Below, piece by piece: positions 37,351-46,200 of a stretch of 64,000 nt of DNA (position 1 is the first letter of the stretch; each line of letters starts with the position of its first letter). The DNA is taken from positions 32,001 to 96,000 of the forward strand of contig CAWEZH010000003.1 of the NCBI GenBank assembly GCA_963813535.1. Reading direction: 5' to 3'. A program made the translations under genes and the position numbers. Source of the stretch: an uncultured Chloroflexia bacterium (GTDB lineage Bacteria; Chloroflexota; Limnocylindria; Limnocylindrales; CSP1-4). The notes under the pieces were generated by a model, which was not told where the DNA came from, ran no database searches, and worked only from the letters and a program-made list of their open reading frames with translations.

Positions 37351-38667
37351 TTGACCTTCGAATCGCTCGGCCTTTCGGCCGATCTGCTGAAGACCGTCGC
37401 CGACGAGGGCTACACCACCCCGACGCCGGTCCAGGCAGCCGCCATCCCCATCGTGCTCGAGGGCCGCGACGTGCTCGCCGCCGCGCAGACAGGGACCGGC
37501 AAGACCGCAGCCTTCACGCTGCCCATCCTCGATCGACTCCGCGGCCAGGCCAACGATTCGTTCTCCCCGGCACGCCACCCGGTGCGTGTGCTGATCCTCG
37601 TCCCGACGCGCGAGCTCGCGATGCAGGTCGACGAGAGCGTCCGGACGTACGGCCGGACCGTGCCGCTGCGCTCGGCCGTGGTCTACGGCGGCATGCCGAT
37701 GGACCCACAGATCAAGGCGCTGCGCGCCGGTGTCGAGATCCTGACCGCGACACCCGGGCGCCTGCTCGACCTCGTCGGCCAGAAGGTCGCGAACCTGGGC
37801 CAGGTCGAGATCCTCGTGCTCGACGAGGCCGACCGGATGCTCGACATGGGCTTCCTGCCCGACATCCAGCGGATCATCGAGCTGCTCCCGAAGCGACGCC
37901 AGAACCTGATGTTCTCGGCGACGTTCTCGGACGACATCCGACGCCTGTCCGGCACGATCCTGCGGAACCCGGAGACCGTCGAGGTCGCGCCCCGCAACAC
38001 CACGGTCGAGGGCATCAAGCAGCTGGTCTATCCGGTCGACCGCGATCGGAAGGAGGAGCTGCTCGCGCACCTCATCCGCACCTATGACCTGCGCCAGGTG
38101 CTGGTCTTCACGCGCACGAAGCTCGCGGCATCACGCCTGGCCTCACGGCTGGACCGCGATCGTCTCGACGCCGTCGCGATCCATAGCGATCGCTCGCAGC
38201 CCGAACGCACGCGCGCGCTCGAGGGCTTCAAGTCCGGCGATATCCGCGTGCTCGTCGCGACCGACGTCGCGGCGCGCGGCCTGGACATCGAGGACCTGCC
38301 GGTCGTCGTGAACTTCGAGCTGCCGTGGAATCCGCAGGACTACATCCACCGCATCGGCCGGACCGGCCGGGCGGGGGCGACGGGTGAGGCGATCAGTCTC
38401 GTCTGCATCGACGAGGTCGACCTGTTGCGCGGCATCCAGCGGATGCTCAAGCGGGCGATCCCGTGGACCGTCGAGGACGGCTTCGTCCCGGATCGGTCGG
38501 CCGAGCCGCGTCCGCTCGGGATGCGGGCCGGCCACGCGCATGTCGGCCGCGATCACCATGCCCGCCGCAAGCCGGTCCGGACGAGATCCGGAGCGGGGGT
38601 CGGGTCGGCTGGGGACGCCGGCGGACGGCGCCGTGGCGGCGGTGCGCGCAGGTCGGGCCGGGGTTGA
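37351..38667 (+). CDS. DEAD-box RNA helicase (RhlE-like)
   Basis: Q motif PTPVQ, AQTGTGKT, PTRELA, TPGRLLD, DEAD, SAT, ARGLD and HRIGRTGR. AGGAG RBS with TTG start. Confidence 0.95.
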   Translation: MTFESLGLSADLLKTVADEGYTTPTPVQAAAIPIVLEGRDVLAAAQTGTGKTAAFTLPILDRLRGQANDSFSPARHPVRVLILVPTRELAMQVDESVRTYGRTVPLRSAVVYGGMPMDPQIKALRAGVEILTATPGRLLDLVGQKVANLGQVEILVLDEADRMLDMGFLPDIQRIIELLPKRRQNLMFSATFSDDIRRLSGTILRNPETVEVAPRNTTVEGIKQLVYPVDRDRKEELLAHLIRTYDLRQVLVFTRTKLAASRLASRLDRDRLDAVAIHSDRSQPERTRALEGFKSGDIRVLVATDVAARGLDIEDLPVVVNFELPWNPQDYIHRIGRTGRAGATGEAISLVCIDEVDLLRGIQRMLKRAIPWTVEDGFVPDRSAEPRPLGMRAGHAHVGRDHHARRKPVRTRSGAGVGSAGDAGGRRRGGGARRSGRG

Positions 38668-38688
38668 CGACCGACTAGGACGCGAGGA

Positions 38689-39219
38689 TCAGATCGCGCC
38701 GGTCTCGGCCACGTCGGCCTGGATCATCTCCGCTCCCGGGAAGAAGAACCCCAGCATCAGGTCGCAGGCGACGCTCTCGACGCCATAGCGATTGACCAAT
38801 GCGTGGCGGCCGACAGGGATCTGCGGGACTGCCGTGCCTGTCTCGGACCGCCGCCCCACGCTGACGTCCCGCAGCAACACGAACTCGCCGCTGGGCCGAG
38901 TGAGGGCGCGCCCTGGGTCGAACCCGGGCAGGGTCGGCATCTCACCCTCGACGGTGTATGGACCCATCTCGAGACGGATGCCATGCCACGAGGCGTGTAC
39001 CGGGGTGATCGAGTCGTCGTCCCCGACCGCGATCAGGACGTCGTCGATCGGGATCGATACGCCCGAGTTGGACGATGGGATCCCGCCGAGCGGGTGCCAC
39101 TGGACACGATCGAGCGTCAGGACGCCGTCATGCTCCAGGACCTCACGAAGGGTGCCGGCGCGGGCCAGCACGCCGCTGGCGACTCCCTCGGCCGTGTACG
39201 CGTCCACTTTGATCGGCAT
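38689..39219 (-). CDS. Hypothetical protein
   Basis: Well-formed 176-aa ORF with a GAGGGG RBS, natural amino-acid composition, and filling the gap between flanking genes. Confidence 0.7.
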   Translation of the reverse strand: MPIKVDAYTAEGVASGVLARAGTLREVLEHDGVLTLDRVQWHPLGGIPSSNSGVSIPIDDVLIAVGDDDSITPVHASWHGIRLEMGPYTVEGEMPTLPGFDPGRALTRPSGEFVLLRDVSVGRRSETGTAVPQIPVGRHALVNRYGVESVACDLMLGFFFPGAEMIQADVAETGAI

Positions 39220-39337
39220 ACCGTCCCCTCAGCGTGGGCTCCACCGTGCGGCTCACGCGCGCGCGCGGCAAGTGACCCATCCGTACCGGCGACACGCGTC
39301 CGGTGGTCCGGCGCCCACGTGCGCACCGCGCCTGCGA

Positions 39338-40718
39338 TCAGCGCCGCTGGCGGCAGCCGCAGGGACGATCGAGGGGGGTCAGCGCCATGCGCAGAAGCGA
39401 GCGGACGATCGGCGCCGGATCGGTGCGGCTCTGGTTGGTCAGTACGGCGATCGAGACGCCCTGGTCGGGCAGGTAGCGGACTGCGGATCGAAAGCCGAGC
39501 AGCCGCCCGGAGTGACCCACCGTGGTGAGTCCGTCGATCTCGACCACCTGTGTCCCATAGCCGTACGGCACCGACGACTTGAGGGCGGTCGTCCCGGCCG
39601 GATCGACCATGGCGGCCAGGTAACTGGGCAAGAGGACCTCACCGCCGTAGAGGAAGTGCGCCCAGCGCGCGAGGTCGCGGGCGGTCGACGCGAACCCGCC
39701 GGCCCCGCCGGCGGCCGTCACGACCGACGTGAACGGCACGAGGGCCGTGTCGTCCGACAGGTCGATGGCGGGCGCAGCCGTGGACGCCGACTCGAATCGA
39801 TAGCCGTGAGCGATGTCCGCGGGTGCCTGGTCCTCGGGCTGGTACCAGGTGTGGTCGAGCTCGAGCGGAGCCAGGAAGCGGGTCCGCACCTGCTCGGCGA
39901 GCGGCACCCCGCCGACCTCCTCCGCGAGCATGCCCAGCACGAGATAGTTCGTGTTCGAGTAGTGGAATCCCTTGCCCGGCTCGAAGTAGGCCTTGCCGAC
40001 GTACTTGAGGGCCTGGGTCGGACTCCAGCGCGCGGTCCGGCCGCGATAGCAGCAGCCGGTCGATGGACGGGTGGAAGAAGAAGTCGCGAAGGCCGCTCGT
40101 ATGGTCCAGCAGCTGGCGGACCTTGACCTTGCTGGAGACCTTCTTGACGTCGGGCAGGTAGCGCCGTACGGGAGCGTCGAGGTCCAGGCGACCCTCCTCG
40201 GCGAGTGCGAGGATCAGCGCCGCGGTGAAGGTCTTGCTGACGCTGGCGATGGCGAACGAGGTCGAGCGAGTGACCGGCGCCTTGCCAGGCACGTCGGCGA
40301 GGCCGCTGACACCCGACCAGGTCGAGCCGTCCGGTAGCACGATGGCGACCGAGATGCCCGGGATCGCGTAGCGCTCGCGGAGTCGGTCGAGCCGGGCTTG
40401 CAGTGCGAGGCGGGTCGCCGGAGCGAGTCGCGGGCGGGTGATCGAGACGGGTGGCTCGATCGCCGGAGGCGCACCTGGACCTGGGCTCGGGCCGACCGAT
40501 GCGGCCGGCGATGAGGACGGGAACAGCGTGGTCGATGGCGACGGCTCGGTTCCCGCACGCTCGCTGGGCGTCGACGTCGGCGTGGCCGCCGGCGACGACG
40601 TGGGGGTCGCCGCGAACGCCGGGCTGAGGGCGACGGTGACGATCGCGACGGCTGCGGCGATCGGGATGAGCGGGATGGCCCGTCGGACCCCCGTCCGACG
40701 CGGCCGGGACGCGGCCAT
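39338..40718 (-). CDS. Secreted serine hydrolase (beta-lactamase class C / D,D-peptidase family), frameshifted near 40030
   Basis: SVSK (SxxK) and LLDHTSG are in one frame, while YSN and GHSG are in another. Removing one base from GACCGCGCGCTGG rejoins them. Confidence 0.85.
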
Positions 40719-40786
40719 GCAGCGCGGACCATACCGCGACCTGATCGCGGCTACCATCCCGGGATGCCTACCCCGACGTCCCATCG

Positions 40787-41974
40787 ATGAACGCCGCCGA
40801 ACTCCTGCGCGAGGTCGGCCTGCTCGCCGATGGTCCGGTGGTGTGGGGCCGACCCGTGTCAGCGGGCGGAGCTGGCGTGTTCGTCGTCGAGCTGACCACA
40901 CCCCTGCCACGAGCGCCGATCGAGCTCACACGGGTGGGCAAGTGGATCGAACGCGTGCCCGATCTGACGCTGGACGGCGAACGTCCGACGGCGAAGGGGC
41001 TGGCCGCGCGGCTCGGGGCCTTCTGGCTGCCGTCGCAGTCGGTCGTGTTCATCGGTGCGGCGACCACGACGATCGGCGGGCGCGTCGCGGCGATCCAGAA
41101 GACCGTCCTCGGTGACCGACGGCCGCAGTCCACGGGACATTGGCTGCACACATTCAAGCCGTCCACGCCGATGCGCGTCTGGTGGGCCCGCACCGATGCC
41201 GTCGAGGAATACGAGGACGCGCTCCTGGCGGCCTTCGCCGCGGGCGTGCCCCAGGAGGAGGCCACGACCTTGCCGGGTGCGGGCGTCGTCCTGCCGTTCG
41301 CCAACCTGCGGCGACCGACCGGCGAGCGGCGTACGACCGGGCTCGCCGGATCTCTGCTGGTCGAGGAGCGTGAACCCACGCCCCCGCCGTCGCGAGTCGT
41401 GCTCGTACGGGACGGCGACGCCGAGGGCGCGCGAGGCGAGCCGCCGGTGCGGAAGCCTCGAGCCGCCCGGACAGCGACTGCGACTACTGCGTCGCGCGGA
41501 ACGACGCGAGCGGGCGCGACGACGGTATCGCTCACCGCGGAGGGCGCCACGCGACTGCAGGCCGAGCTCGTCGAGCTGACGACCGTGCGTCGACCCGAGG
41601 TCATCGCGCGGATCCGTACGGCCAAGGAGCTGGGCGACCTGAAGGAGAACGCCGACTACACCGCGGCGCGCGAGGAGCAGTCGTTCCTCGAAGGTCGGAT
41701 CCAGGCGATCGAGCGGCAGTTGCGGGATGCCGTGATCACCGAGGCCCCGAAGGCCGGCGCCGGCGCCGACATCGGGTCACGCGTCACTGTCGAGATCGAC
41801 GGCGATGAATCGGTCTACACCCTGGTCGGCACGGCCGAGTCGAAGCCGTCGGAGGGCAGGCTGTCGGTGGTGTCGCCGGTCGGGCGCGCGCTGGTCGGGT
41901 CGCGACCGGGCGACGAGGTCGACGTCGAGACGCCGCGGGGCCGAGTCGCGTACCGGGTGGTATCGGTCGAGTAG
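40787..41974 (+). CDS. greA: Transcription elongation factor GreA fused to an N-terminal ~220-aa GIY-YIG-like domain
   Basis: C-terminal LTAEG, GDLKENADYTAAREEQ and SPVGRALVG. N-terminal GVFVV...VFIGAA...R...E..LL...LPFANL. Confidence 0.85.
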   Translation: MNAAELLREVGLLADGPVVWGRPVSAGGAGVFVVELTTPLPRAPIELTRVGKWIERVPDLTLDGERPTAKGLAARLGAFWLPSQSVVFIGAATTTIGGRVAAIQKTVLGDRRPQSTGHWLHTFKPSTPMRVWWARTDAVEEYEDALLAAFAAGVPQEEATTLPGAGVVLPFANLRRPTGERRTTGLAGSLLVEEREPTPPPSRVVLVRDGDAEGARGEPPVRKPRAARTATATTASRGTTRAGATTVSLTAEGATRLQAELVELTTVRRPEVIARIRTAKELGDLKENADYTAAREEQSFLEGRIQAIERQLRDAVITEAPKAGAGADIGSRVTVEIDGDESVYTLVGTAESKPSEGRLSVVSPVGRALVGSRPGDEVDVETPRGRVAYRVVSVE

Positions 41975-42028
41975 CGGTTCCCCGGCCTGGGTTCGGGCCG
42001 ACGGAGCGCCGCTGGCGCCCCAGCGGGA

Positions 42029-42694
42029 CTAGGCCTTCGGGCCGTCGACCAGCTTGTGCTCGACCGCGTACAGCGCCGCCTGGGTGCGCGACGCGAGGCC
42101 GAGCTTGCCCAGGATGTTCGACACGTAGGTGCGGGCGGTCCGTTCCGTGATGAACAGCTCGGCGCCGATATCCTTGTTGCTCATCCCCTGCCCCAGCAAC
42201 CGAAGGACATCCTTCTCGCGCTCGGTCAAGGGCTCTGCGAGCTGCTCGTCGGGCGACTTCTTGGCGCGCATCCGCTGCGCCAGCAGCCGGGCGACCGCCG
42301 GGTCAAGGTGCACCTCGCCGGCGTATGCGGCACGGACGGCTGCCGCGACCTCCTCGGCCTCGGCGTCCTTGAGGACGTAGCCGGATGCTCCAGCCTCGAG
42401 GGCGGACGTGACCTTCTCCTCCTCGATGAACGAGGTCATCGTGACGATCTCGGTCTCGGGACGCTCGGCCTTGATCCGGCCGATTGCGGTCACCCCGTCC
42501 ATGTTCGGCATGAGCAGGTCCATCAGCACCACGTCCGGCTCGAGGCGGCGCGCCATCGCGACACCCTCGGAGCCGTCGGCCGCCTCGCCGACGACCTCGA
42601 TGTCGGGCTGATGGTCGAAGAACATCTTCAACCCCATGCGTACGACCGCGTGGTCGTCGACGATGAGGACGCGGATCGGGGCGGGATCGGTCAC
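42029..42694 (-). CDS. NarL/LuxR family response regulator
   Basis: VDDH, DLLMPNMDG, LK and the LTEREKDVL...NILGKLG HTH. AGGAG RBS with GTG start. Confidence 0.93.
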   Translation of the reverse strand: MTDPAPIRVLIVDDHAVVRMGLKMFFDHQPDIEVVGEAADGSEGVAMARRLEPDVVLMDLLMPNMDGVTAIGRIKAERPETEIVTMTSFIEEEKVTSALEAGASGYVLKDAEAEEVAAAVRAAYAGEVHLDPAVARLLAQRMRAKKSPDEQLAEPLTEREKDVLRLLGQGMSNKDIGAELFITERTARTYVSNILGKLGLASRTQAALYAVEHKLVDGPKA

Positions 42695-42794
42695 GTCGAC
42701 TCCTGGGGCCGTGTCGGCGTCGGTCGAGGGTGTGGTCGTGGGATGCGCGGGGCGCGTCGAGTCTAGCAAAGCAGGGTCCTCGGGCTGGGCCGGT

Positions 42795-43199
42795 TCAGAC
42801 GGGATCGGTAGAACGGCCGGCAGCCACGATCGCGGCGATCAGCTCGCTCTGCCGGAAGGTCTTGCGGACGAAACCGTCGGCGCCGCTCTCGAGCACGCCC
42901 GACTCGAGCGAATCGGACCAGCTCATCGCCAGGATGCGGACCGACGGCAGGTTGGCACGCAGGCGGGCGATGAAGGCGATCCCGCCATCGACCTCGGGCA
43001 AGCGTGGATCGACGACCACGACATCGGGCTCATGATCGGATGCGAGGTCGAGCGCGGGGCCGACCTGGCCGGCACTGGCCACGACCATGCACTGACCGCC
43101 GATGGCGAGGAGACCGGTGAGGCTTTCACGTACTCGGTCATCCGCATCGACGACCAGGACACGGAGCGGACCGTCGTCATGGGGACCGAGGTGAGACAT
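42795..43199 (-). CDS. Single-domain response regulator (receiver only)
   Basis: Motifs RVLVVDAD, PDVVVVDPRLPEVDGG and GADGFVRK. Confidence 0.8.
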   Translation of the reverse strand: MSHLGPHDDGPLRVLVVDADDRVRESLTGLLAIGGQCMVVASAGQVGPALDLASDHEPDVVVVDPRLPEVDGGIAFIARLRANLPSVRILAMSWSDSLESGVLESGADGFVRKTFRQSELIAAIVAAGRSTDPV

Positions 43200-43284
43200 G
43201 GGCCCATGGTGGGCCCGCCGGGAGTCGCACCGAAAGGGACCTTCGCCGAAGGCGGGATCGGCGGAATGACAGGTCGGGGCTACG

Positions 43285-46200
43285 TCATCCGTCGCGGATC
43301 GACGCGTCCTCCAGGGTGGTCGAGGGGCGTTGGATCCCGGCCGCCGCCGCCAGGTCGTCCAGCGTGTCCGGCCCCATCCGGACCTCGACGGTGGTGCCTT
43401 CGCCGGGCCGGCTTGCGCACGAGAACTCGGCCCCGATGCGATCGGCTCGGGCGCGCATCCCGGCCAGCCCGAGGTGGCCGTCAGGCACTCGCTCCGGATC
43501 GAAGCCCTTGCCGTCGTCCTCGACGCGTAGCCGGACGCCACCGCCGTCGCGCCGGACATCGACCCGGACCTGGTGCGCAGCAGCGTGCTTCACCACGTTG
43601 TGGAGCGCTTCCTGGGCGATCCGATAGAGGACTTCCTCGGCAGGCAGTGGCATTCGATCGGTCAGATCGCTCTCCACGACGATCGGCAGCCCGAGGCGAC
43701 CCTGGAGCGCGCTCGCGTGGGTCTTGAGCGCGCGGACGAGACCGTCCTGCTCGAGGTTGCCGGGGCGCAGCTCGAAGATCAGCGCGCGCATCTCGGCGAG
43801 CGCCTCCCGCTGGAGGTCGCGCAGCTGGACCAGCTGGTCGCGGGCGGCCGCCGGATCCTTCTCGAGCAGCATCTCCACGGAGCGGGACACGAGCGTCATC
43901 GAGAACAGCGCCTGCGTGACCGAGTCATGGAGCTCCCGGGCGAGGTGCGCGCGCTCCTCGCCGGCCGCCAGCTCCCCCGCCTGCCGGCGCAGCTCGTTCT
44001 CGAGCCGGACCTGATCGCTCACGTCCCGCGTGGCGCCCTGGATCCCGGCGAAACGACCGGCGTCGTCGGTCACGCCGATGGCCCGCACGTCGACGGGCAC
44101 GCGCCGGCCGTCGGGCCCGGTCAGGACCAGCGCGGCCTGCTGCTCGCGGTCGGGGTGCGCGACGAGCTCGCCCCAGCGATCGCCGGCGAGCGGCACGGTC
44201 GACTGATCGACCAGCACCGAGAAGTGCTGCCCGATCATGTCCGCCGACGTGTTGCCGGTGACCCGCTCGATGGCGTCCGACAGGAACGTGAACCGGCCTT
44301 CGGCGTCGGTCGCGAAGACGATGTCGGGCGAGTTCTGGATGAGGAACCGGTAACGCTCCTCGGACTGGCTCAGCTCATGCTCGAGGCGCAGCCGCTCCGA
44401 GATGTCGCGCGCGACGCCGTTGATCCCGACCACCACGCCGTCCTCGACCTTGGCCAGGACGTTGATCTCGAGTGCCCGGGGAGCGCCGTCACCGTCGAGG
44501 AAGTCCATCCGGACGGAGTGGACGGTCGTGGGGTCATCGAGGACGGCCTGGTAGCTGGCCGCGGCTGCGCCCTCCCAGCCTGGCGCCACTCGCTCGAAGA
44601 AGGCGCGGCCGAGCGTGTCCTCGAGGTCCCAGCCGAGCATCGTCGACGCCCGGTCGGACAGGAACGTGTAGCGGCCCTCGGCGTCCGTCGCGAAGACCAT
44701 GTCCGGGGACGACGAGGCGAGGTTCCGGTAGCGGTCCTCCGAGGCTCGCAGGTCACGCTCCAGCCGATCGCGCTCGCGCATGTCGCGGACCGAGCCGTTG
44801 GCGCCCGTGAAGTGCCCGGCGTCATCGAGGCTTGCGACCGCGATGAACTCGGCGGGCACGGACGACCCATCGCGGTGCTGGAGATTGATCCGGCCGCGGA
44901 CCTCCTGCGTGCCGGTCTCCATCGCCGTCGTCCAGTCGAAGTCGGCCACCTCCTGGGACGAGTCGTGGACGAGCGCCCCGAAATGCTTGCCAAGCAGCTC
45001 ATCGGGTCGGAAGCCCGTCAGCCGTTCGACCGCGGCGGACAGGAACGTGATGTTCGCGTCGGCGTCGATGGACCAGATGAGGTCGGGGGCGTTCTGGACG
45101 AGGTAGCGGTAGCGCTCTTCGGATCCGCGCAACTCGCGCTCCAGCCGAGCCCGTTCCGAGACGTCGCGGACCGTGCCCTGCGCGCCGACCCAGACGCCGT
45201 CCTCGAAGACCCCGGCGGTCGTCACCTCGGCCGAGAAGGTCGAGCCGTCTCGACGGACCAGCACGAGTTGGACCCGTTCGACGAGGTCCGGGTCCCGCCC
45301 GACTGCCGCGTACTTCTCGCGGGCGATGGGGATGGAGTCGGGGTGGGTCAGGAAGCCGAAGTGCTCACCGACGATCCGCTCCACGGGCCAGCCGAACAGT
45401 TGCTCGGCCGAGTCCGCCATGAATGTGAAGACACCCTCCGCGTCCGCGCGCCAGATGACGTCCGGTGTCGTCTGGACAAGACCACGGAAGCGCTTCTCCT
45501 CCTGGGTGAGACGCGTGAGGAGCCTCGAGTTCGTCAGGGCGATGGCCGCCTGGTCGGCGAGGCCCTGGAGGAGGTCCAGGTCGTCGGGCTCGAACGTCCG
45601 CGGCGTCGATGACGAGATCGCGAGCGTCCCGATGACCTCTCCACCGGGCGCGCGCAGCGGTGCCGCGGCCATCCCGACCAGGCCCATCCGTTTGGCGACG
45701 GCCTGATCGTCGAGCTCGTGCGGGATGCGCGGGTCGGCCTGGTAGTCCGATGTGAAGACCGGCGCGCCCTGGAGTGCCGCGAGCCCGTTGATGCCGCCAC
45801 CGAGCGGGAACCGCATGCCCATCAGCCACTCGTGCGTCGCGTCACCAGCGCCGCCGCTGACCACGACCGGGACCAGGTTCTCGCCGTCGGACGCCATCCG
45901 GGTGAGGTGGGCGCCGTCGCTCTCGAGCAGTCGGCGCGCCTCCTCGACGACCCGCTCGAGCACCTCGTCGGGGTCGGTCAGCGCTGCGATGCGCGCCGTG
46001 ATGTCACGCAGGGAGCGCTCGGTCTCGGCACGCCGTGCGAGCGCCCGCTTGGACCGCTCCAGCTCGTCGATGAGCTGGGCATTCGTGATCGCGATCGCGG
46101 CCTGCTCGGCGAGGCCGCCGAGAACGGCCGCGTCCAGCTCGTCGAACGCGCTCGGCTCGTGGCTCATGACCTCGATCGCGCCGAGCGGCCCGGCCTCGCC

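Noticed and set aside
39338-40718. Antibiotic-resistance beta-lactamase
   Set aside because: Only generic serine hydrolase/PBP-family motifs are present, which do not indicate resistance.
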